Positions 1 to 9,783 of a stretch of DNA of 64,000 nucleotides are shown piece after piece (within the stretch, counting starts at the first letter, position 1; each line of letters opens with the position of its first letter). The notes under the pieces are model-generated. The model did not search any database. It was not told where the DNA came from and saw only the letters and a program-made list of their open reading frames with translations. Both the position numbers and the translations under genes were made by a program. Source of the DNA: an uncultured bacterium (GTDB lineage Bacteria; Chlamydiota; Chlamydiia; Chlamydiales; VGMA01); assembly GCA_964655475.1 (NCBI GenBank), contig CAZZMO010000004.1, forward strand, positions 11,377 to 75,376. The letters run 5' to 3'.

Positions 1-19
1 AGTTCTCGCCAACCATTAT

Positions 20-433
20 ATGCCAGCATCGTTAGACACCTCTTCTGGTTCTCGCATCAATCCTTTAGTCGCTCTTCCTGTAGGGGTGGGTGAAGAGACC
101 TTCTTTCGGGGGTATCTCCAGTCGAGACTTGCAGAAAGCTTGACCCCTTGGGGAGGAATTGCAGCCTCTTCAATCCTCTTTGCAGCAGCTCACATCCCGA
201 ATGCTGTCAATTATTCTCCACAAGATCAGGGGCGCTACTACGCCTTTTCTCTCCCGTTAATCGGAACAATGGGCGCCTATTTCGGTTGGCTTACCTATAA
301 AAACAACTCCTTGCAAGAGAGTGTTGCGATCCATACGTGGTACGACTTCATCTTGTTTACAGGGTCTCTTCTCGCCTCAAGGGCTTCATTGACGCCCCCT
401 CCTCAAAAATTTGCGATTTCATTCCCCTTTTAA
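20..433 (+). CDS. CPBP (CAAX/Abi) family intramembrane metalloprotease, probably 5'-truncated by the window edge
   Basis: GEETFFRG, FAAAH and AIHTWYD motifs with hydrophobic helices; the frame is open back to position 2. Confidence 0.85.
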   Translation: MPASLDTSSGSRINPLVALPVGVGEETFFRGYLQSRLAESLTPWGGIAASSILFAAAHIPNAVNYSPQDQGRYYAFSLPLIGTMGAYFGWLTYKNNSLQESVAIHTWYDFILFTGSLLASRASLTPPPQKFAISFPF

Positions 434-497
434 TTTTTCAAGTTGAAGAGATAATCGCTCTTCCTCTTTAGTTTTCACTAAGAGAGGGGAGCAAAAG

Positions 498-2378
498 ATG
501 TCTTTTAGAGGGGTTGGAAATGAGCCAAAGATACCAGATCAATCAGTTACGGTAGAATCAGATCCTAATCGGTATAGAGGCGTTCAAAAGATCAGAGAGG
601 TCAATAGCGCAATTCAAGCAATTCAGCATCAAAATGTTCCGATGTCTTCCTCACCAAATAGAGAGAGAGCAGAGCGCTATTTAATGGCAGGTGCCACCCT
701 ATTAGCAAATAACCCCTTTGAACTCGATGCCTGGACGGGAGATCCTCTTACTTATCTTTCCCCTAAAGCAGTTCTTGAAGTATTGAATGGCTCTAAGACT
801 GATCGGGATATCCCTTACCGGGTTGCAAAAATGTGTCTTCTCTATGGATCAGAAGAGATGCGTCAAGCGATCAACGGTTGGCTTTTGACAAAAAAGGCCC
901 CCGTCAACAAGGGGTTTCTTGATGGGCACTATGATGATTTTACTACAACATCCATCACAAGACTAGTTTACGAATGTTCTCATAGGCTTGAAGATCGTGT
1001 TCTCGACCATCTAATACACAATGTCTTGAAGCTAGAGGGGGAGAAGCCAAAGCTTGGACAGCCTCTCTTTTGGGACTTTGTCCATATTGCCAGAAACTCT
1101 GAAAACCACGACCTCATGATCATTGGGGGGCAGTATCTAAAAAATAAGCTTCTGCAGCTAGAGAGGAATGATCTCAAAGGGTGCAATAATGAACTCATCG
1201 AAAAAGAGCTCATTTCGATCCTGAAAGAGATGTTAGAGAATGGGTTAAGGGAGTATAACTCCATTCCTTATATTGGTTATACAGCGAGCGCTCTTCTCAA
1301 CCTCTACGATTTTGGAGAAGGGGAAGTGAAGGCCCTGGCGAAAGAAGTTCTCGATAAGATGTTTACCGAATATGCGCTCAGCAGCTCAGATTACAAAATC
1401 TTTGCCGATTTCCGTAGACAATCGAAAAAGCTCAATAACCAAGACCTCATGGGAGATCATAGTTTAGAGCCTTTCCTTCGTGTATGGCAAGGGGCTGATC
1501 TCGACCCCGTTATGAGACGACATGGAAAGAGGATCGCTGATGCGATGACGACGTCATACCGCCCCCCTGCAGGGATCATGCAGCCCAAAGAGGGTGTTTA
1601 TGTTGCGAAAAGGTGTAATGAGTCGATATTGACCTATCTCATCTTTTCTATAAAAAAATTCATCTATAAGATTTTTGGTTGGGAAAAGCCTTTAGATCCA
1701 GTGGGTGGGACATTCATATCTGCAAGGAGTAGCTATTATGTTCCGGGTGGAGCTAAACGCTCCTTTGTTTTGACAGGGGGGACAACAGTGAGCTCTTCGA
1801 TGATCAAATGGCCTGCAGAACAATCAGGGCGCACTCCTACCCTATTAACTGAAGCGAAAGCTACAGACATTCAACATGTGGCTCATCTCGGTCACCACGA
1901 TGTTCCCATCGGAGAAGATGCAAATTTACGGAACAATACCTGTATTTATAGTCAGTTCATGAGTGGAAGCGCACCCATCATACTCCCTTATAGCGCCAAA
2001 GTCGTAGCAGGAAGTGTGGAAACTGGGGCGATTATTGAGATTGAACCAGGCCTTAGAGCTTTTGTTCTCAATGGGGAAGATTTTGGAGTGATGGCCCTCT
2101 TGCCAAATACCGATCCAGATAAGAGCCTGATCACTTGGCATCGAGAAGATGTTGAAGGGCTACTTTTAGAAATCCAGGCTCGAAACCCTTCCCTTCTCTA
2201 CAACCAGAATCAATTCACTTTCCCAGAAAAAGTAGGGGGAGAAATGGCGGGAAGAACCATTTCCTTTGATATCCATGCCAAAAGAGATACCTGGGGAATT
2301 CAATCCATTGATGAAGCAGCCCTCAATCGAGATGGCCAAACCTGGAATGGTTGGCTGACTAGAATCGATGAGCCGTAA
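498..2378 (+). CDS. hypothetical protein, 626 aa; helical N-half and beta-rich C-half, possibly polysaccharide-lyase-like
   Basis: Long ORF with upstream GGGGAG RBS; SENHDLM and GLREYNSIPY..YT...LLNLYDF motifs; function inferred only. Confidence 0.6.
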   Translation: MSFRGVGNEPKIPDQSVTVESDPNRYRGVQKIREVNSAIQAIQHQNVPMSSSPNRERAERYLMAGATLLANNPFELDAWTGDPLTYLSPKAVLEVLNGSKTDRDIPYRVAKMCLLYGSEEMRQAINGWLLTKKAPVNKGFLDGHYDDFTTTSITRLVYECSHRLEDRVLDHLIHNVLKLEGEKPKLGQPLFWDFVHIARNSENHDLMIIGGQYLKNKLLQLERNDLKGCNNELIEKELISILKEMLENGLREYNSIPYIGYTASALLNLYDFGEGEVKALAKEVLDKMFTEYALSSSDYKIFADFRRQSKKLNNQDLMGDHSLEPFLRVWQGADLDPVMRRHGKRIADAMTTSYRPPAGIMQPKEGVYVAKRCNESILTYLIFSIKKFIYKIFGWEKPLDPVGGTFISARSSYYVPGGAKRSFVLTGGTTVSSSMIKWPAEQSGRTPTLLTEAKATDIQHVAHLGHHDVPIGEDANLRNNTCIYSQFMSGSAPIILPYSAKVVAGSVETGAIIEIEPGLRAFVLNGEDFGVMALLPNTDPDKSLITWHREDVEGLLLEIQARNPSLLYNQNQFTFPEKVGGEMAGRTISFDIHAKRDTWGIQSIDEAALNRDGQTWNGWLTRIDEP

Positions 2379-3414
2379 TTTTTTCAGGCAGTTGATGGAA
2401 ACGTTTGAGAAAGGTCTCTTGGTTAAACGTCTCAAAAGAGTGCTTGTAGAGAGAGCGCCGCTTCCCTTCTAATGCTTCCTGATCGATGTTCTTTCTGATG
2501 AAGGAAAAAATCTCTGTCTCTTTGAGAGGGATTTGAATCCCTGCATGTTGGAGAGGTGTCGTCTGGGAAGAGGTGGCAAAAAAGAACATAGGACGGTTGA
2601 AGTAGAGGAAATCATAACCCACAGAAGAGTAATCCCCAATGTAGACATCGATTTTAGAGAGGAGGGGATAGATCAAGGGATAGTGGAGCAAGATGTCGAC
2701 ATTCGCAAGATCTCGATACTTTTCACTCACCGATGTAACGACCGCAGGAAACTGTTTTTCTAAGAGGGGATGGATCTTTACAACGAGGTGGATGTGTTTC
2801 GGCAGCGCTTCGATCATCGCCTCTGTTTTTTCAAAGAATGAGGAAGGGTTCTCTCCATCTTGCCATGTCGGTGCGAAGAGGTATTTCTTTCTCGAGTTGT
2901 CTTGAAAGCGGGGAAGGGTTTGCTTCAAGAGAGTGTCATACTCTTTTTCAAATTGTTTGAAGAACCAAAGTCGATAATTTCCAATCGTGACAGTATTTTT
3001 GATCGTTTTCAATACGCCATGTTTTTTGAGACTCTCCACCATTTTTTTTCCGTAGAGAAGAGCGATATCTTGGTGGTAAAAAGGGTCGAGTTCTCTCTTT
3101 TTATACCCTTTATCTGATTGACCATGGGGACAAAAACAGAAGCGAAGATCTTCAAAACCCAGAAGAGAAAAGCTAGCGCTCAGCTCTCTTCCTGCATTCT
3201 TTGTCGACAAGATGATCATGTTCGCTTTCTCTCCCCAGGAGGTGAGATCGATCGGCTCTTCGAGTCTGATATCGACGTGAGGATAAAAGAGCTTCCCTTT
3301 CTCGTAGGTCAACTGACTGTCGACGATGAGGGGGCAGTTGAGTGCATAACAGAGGGGAGCGAGGTGATCTAAATGGTGTGTAAAATCGTAGCTAAGAAAG
3401 GCGACTGGATTCAT
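2359..3414 (-). CDS. CDP-glycerol glycerophosphotransferase (TagB/TagF-like) family protein
   Basis: PHG, FAPTW, VKIHP, GDYSSVGYDFL motifs. Confidence 0.8.
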   Translation of the reverse strand: MNPVAFLSYDFTHHLDHLAPLCYALNCPLIVDSQLTYEKGKLFYPHVDIRLEEPIDLTSWGEKANMIILSTKNAGRELSASFSLLGFEDLRFCFCPHGQSDKGYKKRELDPFYHQDIALLYGKKMVESLKKHGVLKTIKNTVTIGNYRLWFFKQFEKEYDTLLKQTLPRFQDNSRKKYLFAPTWQDGENPSSFFEKTEAMIEALPKHIHLVVKIHPLLEKQFPAVVTSVSEKYRDLANVDILLHYPLIYPLLSKIDVYIGDYSSVGYDFLYFNRPMFFFATSSQTTPLQHAGIQIPLKETEIFSFIRKNIDQEALEGKRRSLYKHSFETFNQETFLKRFHQLPEKITAHRF

Positions 3415-4475
3415 AGAAAATGGGGCTCTTCTTCGATATAATCGTGGATGGTTTGGAAGATTTCCTCAGCAAGTTTACTCTCACTTTCGATCTCTCCAAA
3501 TGTGTAGGAATAGAGCTCTTTTCTCTTGGCTCCAAAACGCTTCTCATCATCAGGGAGCGTTTTTTCAATCAAAGAGAACATGTTCGGAAAATCCTCTGGT
3601 TGGATCGTTAAGCCACACTCATGAATCATCGTCTTCGACTCCTCATCATGGAGGAAAAACATCGGTTTATTAAACGTAAGGAAATCGTAATTGATCGAAG
3701 AAAAATCCCCAAGCAAAATGTCGACTTGATCCAAGAGGGGATAAATCGGGGGAAAGTCGTGCAAAAACAAGACATTACTTTGGCTCGGCAGTTCTTTCAA
3801 AGTGGGGTATTGAAGAAGGCTATTCGGATGGATCTTCACGATGAGATTGTAAGAGTCGGGAAGGGTCTTCAATAGATGGGGAAGCGCTTTTAAAACAGGA
3901 GAGCTTTCAGCTGTTTTTCCCCAGGTGGGGGCATAGAGAATTGTCTTTCCAATCCGCTTAAAACGGGGGAGGAGTTTGTCATAAAATCCTTTAAACTTTT
4001 GGTAATAGCGGTAGCGGAAGTTGCCGATCGTAATGTAACGATACACATGATCGAGCACTCCTTTACTTTTGAGAAAGTCGATCATGTTCTCTCCATAAAC
4101 GAGGAGGATTTTTTCATCTTGGAGCGCTTCCATGAAAGGGGAAGATCTTCCCTTATCAGAGTTGCCATGACCGATCCAAATGGTGAGGAGTTTTTTCCGA
4201 AGGAGATGCTGCTCTAAGAAGAAAATCTGCTCTGCCATTTTTGCAGGGAGGCAGGTGAAAATGGCACTAGTACTCTTGAGCACTTTCATGGCTACTGCTT
4301 CTTTTGGCTCCTGATAAGTGAGGACAGTCGGATAATATTTGTGGAGAGATTGTTCGATCTCTTTTTCTGTAACGATGAGAGGGATAGAGAGCAGGTCACA
4401 AAGAGGAGCTAAATGATCGAGATAGTGAACATCTGTTCCGTAGAGAAATCCGCTCACACTCTCTGAAATTTTCAT
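3411..4475 (-). CDS. CDP-glycerol glycerophosphotransferase (TagB/TagF-like) family protein, tandem paralogue
   Basis: GHG, YAPTW, VKIHP, GDFSSINYDFL; shares HLAPLC and IGN(F/Y)R with its neighbour; 4-bp overlap. Confidence 0.8.
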   Translation of the reverse strand: MKISESVSGFLYGTDVHYLDHLAPLCDLLSIPLIVTEKEIEQSLHKYYPTVLTYQEPKEAVAMKVLKSTSAIFTCLPAKMAEQIFFLEQHLLRKKLLTIWIGHGNSDKGRSSPFMEALQDEKILLVYGENMIDFLKSKGVLDHVYRYITIGNFRYRYYQKFKGFYDKLLPRFKRIGKTILYAPTWGKTAESSPVLKALPHLLKTLPDSYNLIVKIHPNSLLQYPTLKELPSQSNVLFLHDFPPIYPLLDQVDILLGDFSSINYDFLTFNKPMFFLHDEESKTMIHECGLTIQPEDFPNMFSLIEKTLPDDEKRFGAKRKELYSYTFGEIESESKLAEEIFQTIHDYIEEEPHFL

Positions 4476-4927
4476 AGTACCTGCGTTTTCTTTGTTACAC
4501 TTGGCTTTGGAGCTGGGGCTTTTGTTGGATAGTTAGAGAATGGATGGTGCTTGATCAGCTCTTTTAGCCCTTTGTTCAATTTAAGCTGAATGAGCGATTT
4601 TTCTGAAAGGATTTGTCGCTGCCATTCGAGGTGCTTGAGTTCAGAGATCACTTCCATGTCGGTTGTCGGATAAATGCTCAAAATCGCATCATACTCAGCT
4701 TCAAAATCGAGCACACCGAGTGTTTGAAACATTCTTTTCAATAAATCCTCTTTTTCCACACGAAGAGCTCTCGCCTTTTTTCTCAAAGCGACCCTCTCTT
4801 TCAAAAGTTCATCTCGATGGACTGGTTTTGCTTGCAAAAGGGATTGTTCTTCTAAGCTGAGATTCGAAAGGATCTCTCGTAAAATTATAATCTGTTCATT
4901 TTCAATAGATAATAGTTTGTCCATCAT
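4472..4927 (-). CDS. coiled-coil hypothetical protein, FlgN-chaperone-like
   Basis: Likely start MMDKLL at 4927; heptad Leu/Glu pattern; 4-bp overlap with the downstream gene. Confidence 0.55.
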   Translation of the reverse strand: MMDKLLSIENEQIIILREILSNLSLEEQSLLQAKPVHRDELLKERVALRKKARALRVEKEDLLKRMFQTLGVLDFEAEYDAILSIYPTTDMEVISELKHLEWQRQILSEKSLIQLKLNKGLKELIKHHPFSNYPTKAPAPKPSVTKKTQVL

Positions 4928-5000
4928 AGAGACCCCCGAGTACTTGAGTGTACTTAATAGTATGCAATTTTCATGCCAGGGTGGTATCTTAGCTCTCATC

Positions 5001-6011
5001 ATGAGTCATGAAAAGCTAACAAACTGGTTTCGAGAAGTTAAGCGGGATTTCCCTTGGAGAGGCTCTCCAACCCCTTATGAGGTCTGGGTTTCAGAGATCA
5101 TGCTGCAGCAAACAAGAGCAGAGGTGGTAGTCGATTATTACCTATCGTGGATGGAAAAATTTCCCACTTTAGAAGCGCTTGCCTCTAGTAGCGAAGAGAT
5201 CGTGATCAAAGCTTGGGAAGGGCTCGGCTACTATTCCAGGGCGAGAAATCTCCTGAAGGCAGCTCGTCTCATAGTAGAAATGAGGGGATTCCCTGATACA
5301 AGAGAAGGGTTAGAAAAACTCCCTGGGATTGGCCCATACACTGCGGGTGCGATCCTCTCATTCGCCTTCAAAAAGAGGGGAGTCGCTCTCGATGGGAATG
5401 TCAAACGGGTAGCAAGTCGCCTTTTTTATCGAGAAGAGGGGCTATCTGAGGGGGTGGAGGCTTTTCTTCCTGAAAAAGAGCCCCATGTAGCGATGGAAGC
5501 GCTCATTGAACTCGGCGCTCTCATCTGTAAAAAAGAGCCTCTTTGCAAAGAGTGTCCTCTTCAAGGAAGCTGCGAATCTTACCGTTTAGGGGAGGTGACA
5601 GCATTTCCAAAGCCCAAAGAGAAAAAGAAAATGATCCGTCTTTACCGCCACCTTTATTGCATCACGAATGGGGAGGCTCTCTTTCTTCAAAAAGGGGGAG
5701 AGGGAAAAGTCATGGCTGACTTATGGCAATTTCCCTATATTGAGGTTCATGAGGAGATGTTTCATACCCCACCTCCTTTGATGGGGATGGAACTTCTGGG
5801 ATACCTCGATGAAGAAGAGCACAAATTTACGAAATATCAGGCCTTTCTTCGCCCACTCTTTTTGTATAGCTCTACTGCCCCATTTCAAGGGGAGTGGGTC
5901 CCTATCGAAGAGGTGAAGAGACTCCCTTTTTCCTCAGGTCACCGGAGAGTATTGAGGAATGTCTATGAAGGAATTTTGGAAAGAAGATCATCTAGCGAAC
6001 ATCATCCCTAG
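5001..6011 (+). CDS. mutY: A/G-specific adenine glycosylase MutY
   Basis: WVSEIMLQQT, WEGLGYYSRARNL, HhH LPGIGPYTA, DGNVKRV and FeS motif C-x6-C-x2-C-x5-C; probable ATG at 5001. Confidence 0.95.
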   Translation: MSHEKLTNWFREVKRDFPWRGSPTPYEVWVSEIMLQQTRAEVVVDYYLSWMEKFPTLEALASSSEEIVIKAWEGLGYYSRARNLLKAARLIVEMRGFPDTREGLEKLPGIGPYTAGAILSFAFKKRGVALDGNVKRVASRLFYREEGLSEGVEAFLPEKEPHVAMEALIELGALICKKEPLCKECPLQGSCESYRLGEVTAFPKPKEKKKMIRLYRHLYCITNGEALFLQKGGEGKVMADLWQFPYIEVHEEMFHTPPPLMGMELLGYLDEEEHKFTKYQAFLRPLFLYSSTAPFQGEWVPIEEVKRLPFSSGHRRVLRNVYEGILERRSSSEHHP

Positions 6012-6558
6012 AGGGTTTGGAGAGTATCCTGAGGGGTTTGCTGTCCCTGCCTTTTTGAAAGAGTGGCTTCAGCCCATTCCCTTTCAATCTGTAGTCGATC
6101 TTGGATGTGGTTATGGACGTTTATCTACTGCATTTTCTCAAGAGAGTTATCTTGGGATCGATGTGAATCCAGAAGCCATTCTGGCAGCAAAGGAGAAGTT
6201 TCCTGGGTATCGATTTCTCGAAAGTAAAGAAGATCAGTTTCCAAAGGCAGATCTCTACATGGCCTATACAGTCTTTCTCCATCTTCTTGACGATGAGGTG
6301 CATCACATTTTGGACCTAGTAGACACCTCATATTTTCTCGTGGCAGAAATTTTGGGGAGTGAGTGGAGAAGAAAGGGAAACCCTCCTGTCTACAATAGAG
6401 AGTTTGATGAGTACATCAAAATATTCCATCAGCACCAATATCGGATGGTTGATGAAATTTCTAAACCTTATGCGAGGTATTCGGAAGATCCTCAGTATCA
6501 GTCTAAAAATTGCGAAATCTCTTTTTTGTTGTTTCAAAAAAAGATTAAGATTGTGTAA
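5959..6558 (+). CDS. class I SAM-dependent methyltransferase
   Basis: VVDLGCGYG motif I; YLGIDVN motif. Confidence 0.85.
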   Translation: MSMKEFWKEDHLANIIPRGFGEYPEGFAVPAFLKEWLQPIPFQSVVDLGCGYGRLSTAFSQESYLGIDVNPEAILAAKEKFPGYRFLESKEDQFPKADLYMAYTVFLHLLDDEVHHILDLVDTSYFLVAEILGSEWRRKGNPPVYNREFDEYIKIFHQHQYRMVDEISKPYARYSEDPQYQSKNCEISFLLFQKKIKIV

Positions 6559-6595
6559 ACTTTAGTTATGATTTTTCATTACTAGGAGGGCACAT

Positions 6596-6991
6596 ATGTC
6601 AATACAAAGACTTCCTTCTCTCCCAATCTATCAGGGAGAAGTAGATTCTGGTTTACTGGCAGCTGAGAATTGGTGGGAAGAAAATGAAGCAGCAGTGGCA
6701 GAGCAAGTCAAAGATATGACTCCAGGAGTAGAGCCTGCTATTGTTAGTGACTGGCAAAAAAATGCATTCAAAGTGAGTGGGTTGTTGGCTATCCTCAAAA
6801 GAATTTCCGTTCAAGTGAAGGGGAATGAATCTTTAGCATCTTATCAAGAAAGGGTGGGGCAATTGATGGGGAAGGTAAAAGCTCAGGATACCGCTCTCAA
6901 GGACATACTCTCTAGAATGGAAAGGGATGAGTCTGGAGGTGCAGCAAGTCCTTTGAAAAAGGCGATAGAGTTGAAAACTAGTAATGTATGA
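6596..6991 (+). CDS. hypothetical protein
   Basis: ORF with strong GGAGG RBS; no recognisable motif. Confidence 0.65.
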   Translation: MSIQRLPSLPIYQGEVDSGLLAAENWWEENEAAVAEQVKDMTPGVEPAIVSDWQKNAFKVSGLLAILKRISVQVKGNESLASYQERVGQLMGKVKAQDTALKDILSRMERDESGGAASPLKKAIELKTSNV

Positions 6992-7083
6992 TCTGGTATA
7001 CCCAATTGAGCTCTGATTGTTGGAATTCACTTCAGTATAAAGGAAGTTCTAGATACAATGATGCTTCGAATTGAGGATGGTAT

Positions 7084-7845
7084 ATGAGGATTGAATTTCC
7101 AACTCCCCCAGCGGCTTCCACATCTGGGGCAATGAAAGAGTCTCCAGATCAGCTTTTACACAAGATGCTTGCCTATAAAAAATGGTTTTTGTACCTCTTT
7201 GTCGGGACTACAGTCTTGTCATTGATTGTCACTTATTTATGCTCTAGAGAAGGGAAAAATTCTAAAGCATTTTTTCATGTCGAAGAAGTTCTTGTCGATT
7301 TCAGCAGCAAAGGGGCTGTCGATAGCAAAACGGTGGAGAATTTGGAAGGGACACTCAAGACATATCCAGAGCTCGCTGGCCGTTTTGGCAATATCTTAGC
7401 GCAGCACTTCCTCACTATGAATCAGATGAAAGAAGCTGATAAGCATGCAGAAGAGGCCTTCCAGAGAACCCTTTTTGTCCATTCTTACTACACAGACTTT
7501 GCGAGAAACTCTCTTCTCATCGAACAAAAAGAGTATACGAAAGCGCTAGAGGCGTCTAAAGCTTTGAAAGAGAAAATGCTTGCCGATTCAACCTGCATTA
7601 CCCACGATTTTGGAGGACTTCTTTTTGGATTCAACCTGATCAGGATGGTCTTTCTCTATCAACTTCTCGACCAAAAAGAGCTTGAGCTCCAAGAGATCAG
7701 AGAGGCGAAGAAATTTTTAGGATGGGGTGGGGAGAAAGGTCTTTTGGCAGATAAGATCAGTCAGTCTCTCTTGCGCCACTTCTCAGATGAGAGCGTTTCG
7801 ATGATCGACTACTTCAATGATAGAGAGATCGCTCTACTCAATTAA
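7084..7845 (+). CDS. single-TM membrane-anchored helical (TPR-like) protein
   Basis: TM segment WFLYLFVGTTVLSLIVTYLC followed by helical repeats. Confidence 0.6.
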   Translation: MRIEFPTPPAASTSGAMKESPDQLLHKMLAYKKWFLYLFVGTTVLSLIVTYLCSREGKNSKAFFHVEEVLVDFSSKGAVDSKTVENLEGTLKTYPELAGRFGNILAQHFLTMNQMKEADKHAEEAFQRTLFVHSYYTDFARNSLLIEQKEYTKALEASKALKEKMLADSTCITHDFGGLLFGFNLIRMVFLYQLLDQKELELQEIREAKKFLGWGGEKGLLADKISQSLLRHFSDESVSMIDYFNDREIALLN

Positions 7846-7848
7846 CTT

Positions 7849-7875
7849 TTGGTGGCTAAGGCTGTTAGCCACCAA
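7849..7875. terminator. bidirectional intrinsic terminator-like hairpin
   Basis: TTGGTGGCTAA-ggctg-TTAGCCACCAA, a perfect 11-bp stem between convergent genes. Confidence 0.7.
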
Positions 7876-7886
7876 CAATCAATTTT

Positions 7887-8333
7887 TTAAGAACCTTTTT
7901 TCTCTTCGTCACTAGGCTTTTGGCACATCTTTTTTGTCGCAACTGGTGCTGCTTTGCAATAGGCGTCGTAGTGGATTGATTGCCCAGCGACAAGGCCAAT
8001 AGCGGCAAAGATCACACAAGGGAGAAAGATCGAGAAGACCCCTCCAACAGTGATGGCGGCAATCATTGGGACTTTATCTTGTGAGCCGATCAACGCAAAG
8101 AGGTTGCAAGTGACCTTTTTTGTTTGATCGGGAAACACGATCCCAATAATCCCCGCAATCATGCATAAGAGTATGCTCCAGAGGATCATGGCTCCGCCCC
8201 ATGCTAGGGTAAAAATGGCTGTGAGGGCAAACATGACGCCCACGCTAATTTCAACGATATATTTTCGCCACATATCTTCTAACTCCTGTATCGTGTAACC
8301 CCCGCGAGTTTCTTTGGGAGCATTTTGTTGCAT
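7887..8333 (-). CDS. hypothetical integral membrane protein
   Basis: About 4 hydrophobic helices; divergent from the T2SS operon. Confidence 0.7.
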   Translation of the reverse strand: MQQNAPKETRGGYTIQELEDMWRKYIVEISVGVMFALTAIFTLAWGGAMILWSILLCMIAGIIGIVFPDQTKKVTCNLFALIGSQDKVPMIAAITVGGVFSIFLPCVIFAAIGLVAGQSIHYDAYCKAAPVATKKMCQKPSDEEKKGS

Positions 8334-8517
8334 AATTGGACCTGTTATTTAATTCTAGTCATAGTAATTAGAGGGTTTTTTTTCAAAGCTTCTCTAATAT
8401 TATTTCTTTTTACTTCTTCGGGGGTGTGACGCTTTCTCATATTACCCCTTGAAATAGAAGAACAAATCGGCCAAAATGGTCCAAAACATGTCCAAGTGAG
8501 ACATTGGAGAAGATTTC

Positions 8518-9783
8518 TTGAACGCTGATATGCTGGAAAACCCGATTTCGTTTTTCAAGCTGCATAAGCTATTTCAGATCCTCCTTTGCGCACTTTTTGC
8601 CCTTTTTATCCTCTTTGGCTCTTGGTTTTTCCTGAACTATCAAAGTGGGAAACAAGAGTCCCTTTCCCTCCTGACTAAGGGGAAGAGGGGAAAGATTTCT
8701 GAAGAAACTGATAACTACTCATTTAAAGTAGCTCTAGAGGAGAGAAAAGAGATCCTATTGCCCCTCCCTCCTCTTCAAGACGAGATCTCCTTTTGCAAAA
8801 CGGAAAAGCGATTTGATCAAGAGACAAAGGATCAACCGATTGTATTGGCCAATAGCCGTTTAGAGGCTTGCTTTGCCAAGGCGGGCGCTCCTATATATAT
8901 AGACTACGATCCGATAGGGAAAGGGCTTGTTCTAGGGAAAAAAGAGACCCCATTTTCGCTTGTCCCTCATTATCAGTCAGATGGATCTCTTTTTGCTACG
9001 GCCTACCTGGCACTCCCTTCGATCCAAACAACGACCCCATTATTCCTCGAAGAGAGGGGAGATATCATCGATTGGAAGATCTCTGAGGAATTTAAAAAGC
9101 AGGTAAAGCCCCTTTCGAAGGCAGTAGGAAATCCCCCAGATGCCCTTTTTAAGGTGTATGGAGGGAAAGAGTATGGGGAAATTGGGGAGCTCTATCGCTT
9201 AGAGATGGGAAAAGAGGTCCTTTTCATCAAGCAAGGGGATCACCTGATTTGGGATGGCCACCAGTGGAGAAAGCCTACTCAAGGGGAAGATACCCGCCCC
9301 TATCCTGTCGCAGAAGTGATGAAAATCCAAGATCACAAAATCGATCTCATGGTGTTTGATGTAGGGGGAGGGCAGTTTCTCCACATCCCCATTTCGATCG
9401 CTCCCATGAAAGGGAAGATGCCCAACTGGAGTGAGATCCTCCTCCGAGCAAGGAAAAGGACTCCCCATTCGATCTCTTGTCGGTTGGCAGGGAAAAACAT
9501 GATCCTTCAAGAGGGTGATTGGCTGATGCATCGAGGTAAAGGGTGGCATGTTGTTCAATCGGAAGAGGAGCTCGCTTCACTTCTATGCTACGAAATCAAA
9601 GAGGAATTGTTGGTCGTAGATAAGATTGAAGAGGGGCAGCTCACGGGACATTATTTTGATATAAAGCGGGGACAGGCTCAAAAAATTTCTATTCCTCTGA
9701 TAGATGGGAAAAAAACTCTCGATTCTCAAAAGAAGAAAAATCGGAAATCCGCTACAATTGAGGGTTATGACTCAAATTTGTAA
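8518..9783 (+). CDS. chlamydial T2SS-associated membrane-anchored protein (first gene of the gsp operon, CT573-like by position)
   Basis: N-terminal TM helix, large soluble domain, overlaps gspD. Confidence 0.6.
   Translation: MNADMLENPISFFKLHKLFQILLCALFALFILFGSWFFLNYQSGKQESLSLLTKGKRGKISEETDNYSFKVALEERKEILLPLPPLQDEISFCKTEKRFDQETKDQPIVLANSRLEACFAKAGAPIYIDYDPIGKGLVLGKKETPFSLVPHYQSDGSLFATAYLALPSIQTTTPLFLEERGDIIDWKISEEFKKQVKPLSKAVGNPPDALFKVYGGKEYGEIGELYRLEMGKEVLFIKQGDHLIWDGHQWRKPTQGEDTRPYPVAEVMKIQDHKIDLMVFDVGGGQFLHIPISIAPMKGKMPNWSEILLRARKRTPHSISCRLAGKNMILQEGDWLMHRGKGWHVVQSEEELASLLCYEIKEELLVVDKIEEGQLTGHYFDIKRGQAQKISIPLIDGKKTLDSQKKKNRKSATIEGYDSNL

Noticed and set aside
4917-5002. Apparent head-to-head overlap of mutY with the upstream divergent gene
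   Set aside because: Artefact of longest-ORF starts; the likely starts (4927 and 5001) leave a normal divergent promoter gap
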